A stretch of 63,719 nt of DNA, the filler included, from Candidatus Woesearchaeota archaeon (GTDB taxonomy: Archaea; Nanobdellota; Nanobdellia; Woesearchaeales; J072): the NCBI GenBank assembly GCA_003695265.1. It is 4 parts of 4 records of this genome, joined end to end, with 100 filler letters (N's around TTAATTAATTAA, not from the genome) between each part and the next. Parts side by side here need not be neighbours in the genome. Positions count along the whole stretch, not along the records: positions 1 to 27,801 come from RFII01000091.1; 3 more parts are not named here. One strand, 5' to 3'. This document shows positions 1-8,133 of the stretch, piece by piece. The notes beneath the pieces are model-generated. The model searched no databases, was not told the DNA's origin, and saw nothing but the letters and a program-made list of their open reading frames with translations. Made by a program: the position numbers and the translations under genes. The number at the start of each line of letters is the position of its first letter. Position 1 is the stretch's first letter.

Positions 1-2
1 CT

Positions 3-872
3 CTTATCCCACCGATAAAAGAAACTCTTCAATATTCTGAAAAAAAATATAGGATAACAGTAAGGAAAGCCTGCTTTGCATGTGCAGGCCCATCAGATAG
101 GGATGTTATTAAGCTGACCAATTCGACATGGGAGGTAAACCGGAAAGAGATTCTGCGGAGCACTCCGTTGAGAAAAGTGCTTTTGCTCAATGATTTTGAG
201 GCAGTTGGTTACGGGATAAACACATTAGAAAAAAAAGACCTGCTTGTTGTTAATAAAGGAAAGCCGGCTTTGCGAAGAACAAAAGCAGTTATTGGAGCTG
301 GAACAGGATTAGGAAAAAGCATTCTTGTTTATAATGCAGAGAAGAATTTGCACATTCCAATACCTTGCGAGGGAGGCCACACAACATTTGCTCCAACCAA
401 AAAGGAAGAGCTTGAAATAGCCTTGTTTATCAAGAGAAACAGAAAGAAAAAGCAGGTTGTATATGAGGACTTGGTCTCAGGAAGAGGCATTGAGAACATT
501 TACAAGTACCTGAGCGCAAAAAAGAAATCCAAGCATTCAAAATATATCTTAAGAGCGGATGACAAAGCAGCGTTGATCTCAAAACACCAGTTTAAAGATG
601 CTTTATGCAAAAAAACATTTGCTTTGTTCTCAAGGTTTTACGCTAGGTGCGCAAAAAACTTTGCTCTCGACACTCTTTCCTTGAGTGGCTTGTACATTGC
701 AGGAGGAATAGCAGCCAAGAACAAGCACATATTCAAATCAGAAGAGTTCAAGAGAGAGTTCTTCCTAAATGATGCTTATGAGAATATTTTAAGAAGAATT
801 CCTGTGATTGTGATAAAGAATTATGATGTGAGCCTTTGCGGCGCGTGCTTTGCCGCGATGATCAACGTATAA
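3..872 (+). CDS. glk: Glucokinase, bacterial Glk family (5'-truncated by window edge)
   Basis: Frame is open from position 3 (ACAGP...KLTN..W), upstream of the track ORF at 168. Motifs LLNDF.A..YG, GAGTGLG, EGGH, E..VSGRG, YIAGGIA. Confidence 0.9.
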   Translation, partial: LIPPIKETLQYSEKKYRITVRKACFACAGPSDRDVIKLTNSTWEVNRKEILRSTPLRKVLLLNDFEAVGYGINTLEKKDLLVVNKGKPALRRTKAVIGAGTGLGKSILVYNAEKNLHIPIPCEGGHTTFAPTKKEELEIALFIKRNRKKKQVVYEDLVSGRGIENIYKYLSAKKKSKHSKYILRADDKAALISKHQFKDALCKKTFALFSRFYARCAKNFALDTLSLSGLYIAGGIAAKNKHIFKSEEFKREFFLNDAYENILRRIPVIVIKNYDVSLCGACFAAMINV

Positions 873-1518
873 TCTTTTTGCACATCCTATTAAGAAAACA
901 TTTCCCACAATCAGGCTTTTTTGCGCATAATTTTTTTGCGTGCTCAACGATTAAAGCATGGTACTCGTTAAAGAGCTTGTAATCCGGCTTTAAATTGTTC
1001 ATAAACAGTTTTTGAAGTTCATCATAAGTTTTTTCTTTAAAGCCTATCCTGTTGAACACTCTTTTTGTGTAAGCATCAATCACGAATAATGGTTTTTTGT
1101 ATGCGTAAAGGAGGATTGAGTCAGCTGTTTCAGGACCAACACCCCATATTGAGAGCAGTTCTTCTCTTGTTGGTTCTTTTTTTAATTGCAAGAAAAAAGT
1201 TGTGAATTCCTTAAGCTTGCGCGCTTTTTGGTTGAAATAACCAGAGGGCTTAATTGCTTGCTTTAACTTATTAACCTCAAATGAAGTTATTGATTGAGGA
1301 TTCAACGCGTTCATTCTCCTAAGGTTCTCAAGAGCTTTTTCAACTTGTTTCCATGAAGTGTTTTGCGTTAAAATAGCGCCTACGCAGATTTCAAAGCGTT
1401 GCTCAGCTGTTCTTGGGTAAGAATAATTATTGGGGTTATATTTGCCGTTAATAGGCCACCAGCCCTGAAAACCATAATTTTCCAGAAGCAGATCATAGAT
1501 TAGCCTGATTTTGTTCAT
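862..1518 (-). CDS. Endonuclease III-related HhH-GPD DNA glycosylase with C-terminal [4Fe-4S] motif
   Basis: GAILTQNT.W, HhH LLSIWGVGPETAD, VIDAY, C-terminal C-x6-C-x2-C-x5-C. Confidence 0.88.
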   Translation of the reverse strand: MNKIRLIYDLLLENYGFQGWWPINGKYNPNNYSYPRTAEQRFEICVGAILTQNTSWKQVEKALENLRRMNALNPQSITSFEVNKLKQAIKPSGYFNQKARKLKEFTTFFLQLKKEPTREELLSIWGVGPETADSILLYAYKKPLFVIDAYTKRVFNRIGFKEKTYDELQKLFMNNLKPDYKLFNEYHALIVEHAKKLCAKKPDCGKCFLNRMCKKIIR

Positions 1519-1579
1519 TTTATCTACAATATACAGGGGTTAATATTTATATTTAATTGTTAAAGAGAAAAAGGTTTTA

Positions 1580-2173
1580 TTATGCCTCTCTGTATCCTAG
1601 ATTAGTGTAGATATCGGATATGTTTCTCCTAATCCTTTCTGCGTGCGGCAGATTTCTTGGCTTTTGTGCTTTTGCCTCAAGCCTTTGAATTCCTGCTTCT
1701 ATCAAAGAGCATGTTATGAGCTTATACTTTTCTTCTAAGCTTCTTTCAGAATCTGCGATAGAGCGTATTCTGTCACGAACGCTTGAATCTCTTGCATCAA
1801 CAAAAGCCGACAGCCCCGCAGTAGCGTATGCTAATTCAGACCAGGACAGGTTTTGAATCAGCAAATCAGGCAGTGCCTTAATATAAGCTAATCCATGGTT
1901 AATTGAGCCGAGCCTGCTGAACCATCCAATACGGTTAATCTTTTTTTGCAGGTCATCCTCCTCATAGTAAAGACATGTCTTATAAATATCTGCAATGTGC
2001 TCAGCTAACTTTTCTCTTAAGTGAGCCCTGTCCCTAGTAGAAGTATCACGGCTAGAAAGCTTCATTCGGTACTCATCATTGTAAGGCAGGCTGCCATGGA
2101 ATGATCTGACTAAGCGCGCTGCTTCAGAAACAAGGTAATGATCCCCTTCTAATCTTTTTTCCAAGCTCAACAT
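1580..2173 (-). CDS. Hypothetical protein (orphan)
   Basis: 197-aa ORF filling the intergenic space, with a TATA-like TTTATAAA about 25 nt upstream; no motif recognised. Confidence 0.6.
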   Translation of the reverse strand: MLSLEKRLEGDHYLVSEAARLVRSFHGSLPYNDEYRMKLSSRDTSTRDRAHLREKLAEHIADIYKTCLYYEEDDLQKKINRIGWFSRLGSINHGLAYIKALPDLLIQNLSWSELAYATAGLSAFVDARDSSVRDRIRSIADSERSLEEKYKLITCSLIEAGIQRLEAKAQKPRNLPHAERIRRNISDIYTNLGYREA

Positions 2174-2241
2174 ATTGTTAGATTTTCATTTATTATTTAT
2201 AAATCTTTCGGTTTTTAACCACTATAGAGTAACAAAAGGAA

Positions 2242-2616
2242 TTATTTTACACTAACAGCATCAACGCTGCCGTTCTGCCCTGGTCGAGAAGTAATTCTTG
2301 CTTTTCCCTTATCTGTGTTAATAATAGTACCTTTTGTGAGAATGTTTCGTCTTGTGAAGTGTCGGTTTGCCGGGCTTTCCAATACCGTAAGAATCTTTGC
2401 TTTTTCATGTTTTGTGCCATTAAAGAGATTAACAACTTCTGTGCTTAGGGTAACCCTCTTTGAATGACCGCCTTTAGTCCTAATTGTTTTCCTCTTCAGC
2501 TCGCCAATCTTTGTTAAAGTAGGAATTCTGCCTTTATGGCTAAGCTTCTTGCCCCTAGCGCTTTTTTTCTTGCCGCCAGACGGCTTTGTTTTTCCTCGTG
2601 CGTGTGATACAACCAT
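2242..2616 (-). CDS. rps8e: 30S ribosomal protein S8e
   Basis: K.SGG, R.KGG..K, NRHF.RRNILTKG.II.T..GKARITSRPGQ.G signature. Confidence 0.96.
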   Translation of the reverse strand: MVVSHARGKTKPSGGKKKSARGKKLSHKGRIPTLTKIGELKRKTIRTKGGHSKRVTLSTEVVNLFNGTKHEKAKILTVLESPANRHFTRRNILTKGTIINTDKGKARITSRPGQNGSVDAVSVK

Positions 2617-2705
2617 GATTTGCAGAAATTAAGGGTATTATTTAAATCTTGTGCCTTTTTCGTAAACAAAAAATTTAAATATTAATACTACTAAGAAGTA
2701 ATAAA

Positions 2706-3803
2706 ATGTCACTAGACAGGCTTATTATAAAGGAAATCCCTTACCAAACACATATCTCAAGAGATTGGATTGTAAGAATATTAAGTACTATTCCAGAATT
2801 CAGCGAGAATGATCCTAAAAATCCGGAATGGATTGCAACACCAACAATTCCATTAGATTTAAGATCAAAAGGTTATGGGATTGTTTATGTAAAAGATGAA
2901 TCCAACCCAAGAAGTAACCCCACCAGAACTGCTAAGGACAGACCAGCCCACGAGATTGCTTTGCTTTATAGAAACTTTGCCTTAACTCTTGAAATGTTAA
3001 GAGAATCTGGAAGAGTAAACGGTAACCTTGATAGTATTTTGATACCAACATTCACAGTATTTACTTATGGTAACTGGGGGACTGCATTAGCGAGAAAATT
3101 TGAGAAATGGGGGTTGCCACCTCCTAATTTAGTAATACCAGACACCACACCAGATGCCAGAGTTGAAATCTTAAAAGGAGAGTACGCAAACATATTCATG
3201 GTTAATTCTTCGGAAAGAGAGCTAAGCACAGAAGATATAAAAGGAGCAACTAGTCATCCAGAAAGCGTTGACATAACATCTGTTATGACAATTGAGCCTT
3301 GGTCTATTTTTTATGACTGGCTTTGCCACGAGGTTTTTAACGAGGCTCCTGACATGGTCTTTGTTCCTTACGGCTCAGCAAGACTGTATGAAAACCTTCA
3401 TCATTGGCAATGGAAATCAATAAGAAATCATTTTGACAGAAGGCCTGATCCAAGGCTTCAAGTGCCAATTGAAGTAGTTGCCTCAATGCAAATACTGGGC
3501 GCAACACCATCTGATAAACACAGTTCTGCTGATTATTTGACAGCCCCTTTCAACCCATTTATTATTTTTGACAAAAATGATATTGAAGCTCAAAATACAC
3601 TTTTATCTAGAGGGGCAACATCTGGCATTTATGGTGTAAGAGAAGAACTAATAAGAGAAGCTCCGAAGCTTATAGAGGGAGAAGTCTTCGAAACGTCTCC
3701 AACAGGCTCTGCAGGATTAGCTCTTTACATGCAATTGTGGGATCAAGGCTTAATTCCACCCAATAAAAAAGTGCTTATTGTAAACACAGGACGCGGAATT
3801 TAA
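2706..3803 (+). CDS. PLP-dependent enzyme, fold type II (threonine synthase/dehydratase-like)
   Basis: VKDES...NPT.TAKDR PLP-lysine motif, GNWG.ALA, VFVPYGS, SPTGSAGLA, KVLIVNTG. Confidence 0.7.
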   Translation: MSLDRLIIKEIPYQTHISRDWIVRILSTIPEFSENDPKNPEWIATPTIPLDLRSKGYGIVYVKDESNPRSNPTRTAKDRPAHEIALLYRNFALTLEMLRESGRVNGNLDSILIPTFTVFTYGNWGTALARKFEKWGLPPPNLVIPDTTPDARVEILKGEYANIFMVNSSERELSTEDIKGATSHPESVDITSVMTIEPWSIFYDWLCHEVFNEAPDMVFVPYGSARLYENLHHWQWKSIRNHFDRRPDPRLQVPIEVVASMQILGATPSDKHSSADYLTAPFNPFIIFDKNDIEAQNTLLSRGATSGIYGVREELIREAPKLIEGEVFETSPTGSAGLALYMQLWDQGLIPPNKKVLIVNTGRGI

Positions 3804-3871
3804 CGCAAAATTTATAAAGAATATGATTATTCTCTTCCTAAACAATTTTTTAATTTTTTGCGGGGTAAAAA

Positions 3872-4096
3872 ATGGAAGCTTCAAGACCTTTAGACGCATT
3901 AAACGCTGCAAAGGGAAAGCGCGTTATTGTTGAGTTAAAGAACGGAAACCAGTTGTTGGGCAATCTTAAGGCGTTTGACATACACATAAATGTAGTTCTG
4001 GAAAACGCAGAAGAGAGAAGCAACGGCGAAACAAAGCGAAAATTAGGCGTTGTTTTCATAAGAGGGGACACAATAATAATGATTTCACCAGAGTAA
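3872..4096 (+). CDS. Sm-like (Lsm/SmAP) RNA-binding protein
   Basis: Sm1 motif G.L.AFD.H.N.VL..AEE and Sm2 IRGD; sits upstream of rpl37e as is typical in archaea. Confidence 0.95.
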   Translation: MEASRPLDALNAAKGKRVIVELKNGNQLLGNLKAFDIHINVVLENAEERSNGETKRKLGVVFIRGDTIIMISPE

Positions 4097-4107
4097 AGTG
4101 ATTCGCA

Positions 4108-4272
4108 ATGGCAAAGGGAACACCTTCTATGGGCAAGCACAGCGGCAAAAAAACCCATATTAAATGCAGGCGCTGCGGCAAAGGAACATACCACATGAGA
4201 AAGAAGGTGTGCTCAAGCTGCGGTTACGGAAAAAGCCCAAAGCTAAGATCCTACAGCTGGCAAAAGAAGTGA
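4108..4272 (+). CDS. rpl37e: 50S ribosomal protein L37e (not in ORF track)
   Basis: Manual translation [62 protein letters not shown] zinc finger. Confidence 0.96.
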   Translation: MAKGTPSMGKHSGKKTHIKCRRCGKGTYHMRKKVCSSCGYGKSPKLRSYSWQKK

Positions 4273-4320
4273 TTTCTTAGAAAGTTTTTTAAAGAAACTC
4301 TTTATTCTAATCCCTACACT

Positions 4321-4560
4321 GCGGGGATGCCGGAGCGGTCAAAGTCTGGGTTCAGCGTTCAGAACGCAGAACCTTGAAACGACCAGACGGGCCGGGCTTA
4401 GGACTCGGTGGCTTAGTGCCTACGGGGGTTCAAACCCAAACTTTTGGGCAAGCCAAAGGTTTGATCAAAATTCCGTCAAGTGAGGCGTTCACAGTTGAAC
4501 GTGAAACCTCACGATCAAAGCTGAGTAACCAGAAGTTTGGTGAAAGTCCTCCTCCCCGCA
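4321..4560 (+). tRNA. tRNA-Leu(TAG) with two non-canonical introns: D-loop ~4343-4386 and T-loop 59/60 4435-4546
   Basis: Spliced product GCGGGGATGCCGGAGCGGTCAA|ACGGGCCGGGCTTAGGACTCGGTGGCTTAGTGCCTACGGGGGTTCAAA|TCCTCCTCCCCGCA folds as a class II tRNA. BHB-type helices GGTC/GACC and TTCA/TGAA carry 3-nt bulges. Confidence 0.9.
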
Positions 4561-4574
4561 TAATTATTTCTAGG

Positions 4575-4655
4575 TTAATTTTGTTGTGCTAAAAATTTGC
4601 TGCCTTAAAAAAATCACAAAATTTCTTAGCCCCGACCACGCAACCCAAATATTAA
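4575..4655. repeat. Dispersed AT-rich palindromic intergenic repeat, copy 1
   Basis: TTAATTTTGTTGTG...AAATTTG...AAAATCACAA..ATTT.TTAG.CCC...CCCAAATA aligns with 12080-12159; internal inverted repeat GCTAAAAATTT/AAATTTCTTAGC. Confidence 0.7.
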
Positions 4656-4699
4656 GGTCTCATTTAGTTGTTTGGGCTTTAGCAAGAAAATCCTGAAAG

Positions 4700-5881
4700 C
4701 TAATTGTGCCTGAGCCTTCTTCTCTGCAAAAACCTTCTTTTTCTTGGGAAATTATGGCCTGAGGTCTTTAATCTTTCAAGGTAAGGCCTTTTCACAGCCT
4801 CAACAGAGAATGAGTACTCGCTCAGAACCCTCCTGAAGTTGTCATGGTCGTGCTCGCAAATAATGTTGATTACCTTTCCCTTTTCGCCAGCCCTTGCTGT
4901 CCTGCCAATCCTATGAACATAGTCTTTTGGGTCTTTTGGGATTTCATAATTGTAGACGTGAGAAACGTTTTCAATGTCTAAACCCCTTGAAGCAACGTCA
5001 GTGCACACTAAAACCCCGACTTTGCCGTCGTTAAACAAGTGCATTGTGTTTGACCTTTTGTTCTGCGAGTAGCCGCCGTGGATTGCAACTGCATTCATCC
5101 TGTTTGCTTTAAGGGTCTTAACAACAAAGTCTGTTGTTTTTCTTGTGTTGCAGAAAACCATTACAAGCCCGGATTTTTCATGTTTCAAAAGATGGGCCAG
5201 CATAGACAACTTCATACTCTTTGGAACATTGTAATAGATCTGTTTAAGCTTATGCGGATCAACCATTCTTCTGGCCTGCACTTTCACAGGATTCCTCATG
5301 TATTTTCCTGCCAAATCCCTTATTCTTGGTGAGAGCGTGGCTGAAAAAAACAAGGTCTGCCTTTTTGCAGGGCATTTCCTTATAATTTTCTCAACATCGT
5401 CAATAAAGCCCATGTCGAGCATGCGGTCCGCCTCATCCAAAACCAGCAGCTTAACCTTGGAAAGATTGATTGTGCTGCGCTCAAGATGATCCAACAGCCT
5501 TCCAGGCGTGCCAACAACAACGTCAGCATATGATAATTCATTGATCTGGGGGTTTATAGAGACACCGCCGTAAATTGCAATAATCCTCAGATGCTTCTGG
5601 CCTGACAGCTCCTTAAGAGAGTTCTTCACCTGCTCTGCAAGCTCTCTTGTCGGCGTCAGTATCAAAGCCTGCAATCCTTTTTTTGGAATGACTTCCTCAA
5701 CAACGCCACAGCCAAAAGCCAATGTTTTTCCTGAGCCAGTAGCTGACTCGCCAATAACATCCTTTCCGCTAATAATGTGCGGTATTGACAGGTGTTGAAT
5801 CTGTGTTGGCTTGCTAAAACCAAGACTCTTAATACTTGAGACTAACTCATTACTTAGATCATATTTCTCAAACAAATTCAT
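4700..5881 (-). CDS. DEAD-box ATP-dependent RNA helicase
   Basis: Q motif, ATGSGKT, PTRELA, TPGR, DEAD, SAT, YVHRIGRTAR. Confidence 0.96.
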   Translation of the reverse strand: MNLFEKYDLSNELVSSIKSLGFSKPTQIQHLSIPHIISGKDVIGESATGSGKTLAFGCGVVEEVIPKKGLQALILTPTRELAEQVKNSLKELSGQKHLRIIAIYGGVSINPQINELSYADVVVGTPGRLLDHLERSTINLSKVKLLVLDEADRMLDMGFIDDVEKIIRKCPAKRQTLFFSATLSPRIRDLAGKYMRNPVKVQARRMVDPHKLKQIYYNVPKSMKLSMLAHLLKHEKSGLVMVFCNTRKTTDFVVKTLKANRMNAVAIHGGYSQNKRSNTMHLFNDGKVGVLVCTDVASRGLDIENVSHVYNYEIPKDPKDYVHRIGRTARAGEKGKVINIICEHDHDNFRRVLSEYSFSVEAVKRPYLERLKTSGHNFPRKRRFLQRRRLRHN

Positions 5882-6032
5882 TTTTCATACCTCTCATATT
5901 CAGCACTTCTCAAGAAAAAGCAAAATGTTCACGTTAATGAGCAAGTGCTCTCTCTTTCATGCTCTTCTACAAAACCACAATTCATGCTTAGCTTATAAAC
6001 TTTTCGGTTTTCAGTTTGTTTTTTATAGTAAA

Positions 6033-6179
6033 TTACTCGTCCCACTGGCCCTTGACCTTATATTTGCTGTTCGTTAGAACTTCTGTGATTGGGTCAGGCT
6101 CATTCTTTCTTCTAAAGAAGAAGTACCTTGTTATCAGATAAAACGCCACAATCCCAATAAAGCCGTATATTTTTTCCAT
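6033..6179 (-). CDS. Small single-pass membrane protein, 48 aa (not in ORF track)
   Basis: Manual translation MEKIYGFIGIVAFYLITRYFFFRRKNEPDPITEVLTNSKYKVKGQWDE: hydrophobic N-terminus followed by RRK; fills the gap after psmA on the same strand. Confidence 0.6.
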   Translation of the reverse strand: MEKIYGFIGIVAFYLITRYFFFRRKNEPDPITEVLTNSKYKVKGQWDE

Positions 6180-6204
6180 GTTATACCACAAGAATATTTA
6201 ATAT

Positions 6205-6870
6205 TTAAAGCTTTTTAAAGGTTCTGTCTTTCAAACTGATTATGAAGCCGTCAATAGAAGAAGGCTTAAACTCATGGATGAGAATTTTCTTTAGGATGTT
6301 AATGCAAAGCGTTTTCGCCTCTTTAAGCGTAATCCCTGACTTGTATTCTTTTCTCAGCTCTTCTTTTATCTCTGCAGCGTGCTCGCCAATAGCACTGGCT
6401 TTGTACTCCAGAAAAGTTCCCATAGGCTCTATAACAAACAAGTGCGGCTTTTCATCAACGCCGGCAACCATTAAATCAACACCAAAAGGCCTAACGCCTT
6501 CAAACTGCGTGTAAGACTGCATTACTGAGCAGATTTTCTTAACAACGCTCTTAACATCTATTTCAGAGTCGTAAGTGACGCGATGCTTTTGGGCAAGCAC
6601 CTGAGCCTCGCTTATTAAGGAAAAACTGTCGCTTATAATGCCTGCAACAGCAACTCCGATGTGGTCATCAACCTGGATTATTTTCTCAGAAAAACCAGCA
6701 AGCTTGTCCTGCTTTTTATTGGCAATGATTATGACGCCGTCATTACACACAATGCCAACAGCGTCTGAACCCATCCCTGCTGCTTTTTTTGCGTATTCAG
6801 CCTGGATTATCCTGCCCTCAGGGCTGAACATTGTTGCTGTCCTATCATACCCCTGGTCTTCCTTTTCCAT
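6205..6870 (-). CDS. psmA: Proteasome alpha subunit
   Basis: YDR.AT.FSPEGR..Q.EYA N-terminal signature; EKI..VDDHIG, RPFGV..MVAG. Confidence 0.92.
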   Translation of the reverse strand: MEKEDQGYDRTATMFSPEGRIIQAEYAKKAAGMGSDAVGIVCNDGVIIIANKKQDKLAGFSEKIIQVDDHIGVAVAGIISDSFSLISEAQVLAQKHRVTYDSEIDVKSVVKKICSVMQSYTQFEGVRPFGVDLMVAGVDEKPHLFVIEPMGTFLEYKASAIGEHAAEIKEELRKEYKSGITLKEAKTLCINILKKILIHEFKPSSIDGFIISLKDRTFKKL

Positions 6871-6942
6871 AAAAGGATAGTATTATACACTCATTTATAA
6901 ACTTTAGCAATGCTTAAATAAGTAAAAGTATTATGCAATGCT

Positions 6943-7995
6943 ATGAAAGAGGCAGTTCTCTATGAGAAAAAAGAGAATAATATGGTGAGGTGTGTTGCGT
7001 GCAAGCATTACTGCACAATACCAAAAAATTCTACAGGAGTATGCGCAATCCGCTACAATAAGGAAGGAAAACTGTACTTATTAACTTATGGAAAGACATG
7101 CGCTGCACACATTGACCCAATAGAAAAGAAGCCACTCTACCATTTCCTGCCGGGAACAGACGTTTTTTCCATAGGCACGTTTGGCTGCAATTTCTCATGC
7201 CAGTTCTGCCAGAACTGGAGCATTTCGCAAACGCCAAAACATGAGAAGCTTAAGAATCCAGAAGACCAGCTAAGAAGGATTACAAGATTAATAGACAACA
7301 ACAGCGATACTGTTCTGCCAGAGTATGCTGTCCAATACTGCAAGAACAATGGTATTCCTTCAATTGCCTACACTTACAATGAGCCGACTGTTTTCGTGGA
7401 ATACGCGCATGACACTGCAGTCATAGCAAAAAAGGAAGGGATAAAAAACGTTTTTGTGTCAAGCGGTTATGAGACAGAAGAAACAATGGAATACATGAAA
7501 GGCCTCATAGACGCTGCTAACATTGACTTAAAATCATTCAGCGATTCCTTCTACAGGAAGCTGTGCAAAACAGAGCTTCAGAAAGTGCTTGACACTATAA
7601 AAAGCATAAAAAAGAGAAATATTTGGATGGAAATAACAACACTGATAATACCTGGAAAAAACGATGGCAAAGAAGAATTAAGACAACTAGCAGAGTTCAT
7701 AGCTTCTGTGGATAAGAATATTCCTTGGCACGTCACTGCTTTTCATCCTGATTACAAGATGTTAAGCAGCCCGAGCACTACTCCAGAAACGCTGAGAAAA
7801 GCGCATGACATTGGGAAAGAAGCAGGATTGTCATATGTTTACACTGGAAACATTCCTGGAATTGAGTATGAGAACACTTTCTGCCCTGAATGCAACGAAG
7901 TCTTGATAAAAAGGTTTGGTATGAGAGTGCAAGAAAACAATATTGTTAATTCTAAATGCCAAAAGTGCGGCGCAAAAATTCACGGGATTTTTTAA
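6943..7995 (+). CDS. amrS: AmmeMemoRadiSam-type radical SAM enzyme (PFL-activating-enzyme-like)
   Basis: N-terminal C..C.H.C, DPIEKKPLYHF, CxxxCxxC (CNFSCQFC), YTYNEP, C-terminal CxxC...CxxC. Confidence 0.9.
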   Translation: MKEAVLYEKKENNMVRCVACKHYCTIPKNSTGVCAIRYNKEGKLYLLTYGKTCAAHIDPIEKKPLYHFLPGTDVFSIGTFGCNFSCQFCQNWSISQTPKHEKLKNPEDQLRRITRLIDNNSDTVLPEYAVQYCKNNGIPSIAYTYNEPTVFVEYAHDTAVIAKKEGIKNVFVSSGYETEETMEYMKGLIDAANIDLKSFSDSFYRKLCKTELQKVLDTIKSIKKRNIWMEITTLIIPGKNDGKEELRQLAEFIASVDKNIPWHVTAFHPDYKMLSSPSTTPETLRKAHDIGKEAGLSYVYTGNIPGIEYENTFCPECNEVLIKRFGMRVQENNIVNSKCQKCGAKIHGIF

Positions 7996-8133
7996 GCAAA
8001 CTCTCAATAAAAATTGTTTAAAAGAGTGTAAGTACGTAAAAAATTTTTTTATTCCACCCAAACTCATCACAATTAAGCTGATTATGCAAAGGATTAATAA
8101 GTTTTTTAAGGAAGCGAATAATATCCTTTTTTT

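Noticed and set aside
4374..4592. 72-aa ORF in the track (possible intron-encoded protein)
   Set aside because: Overlaps tRNA-Leu exons, starts at TTG and has no homing-endonuclease motif; a shadow ORF.
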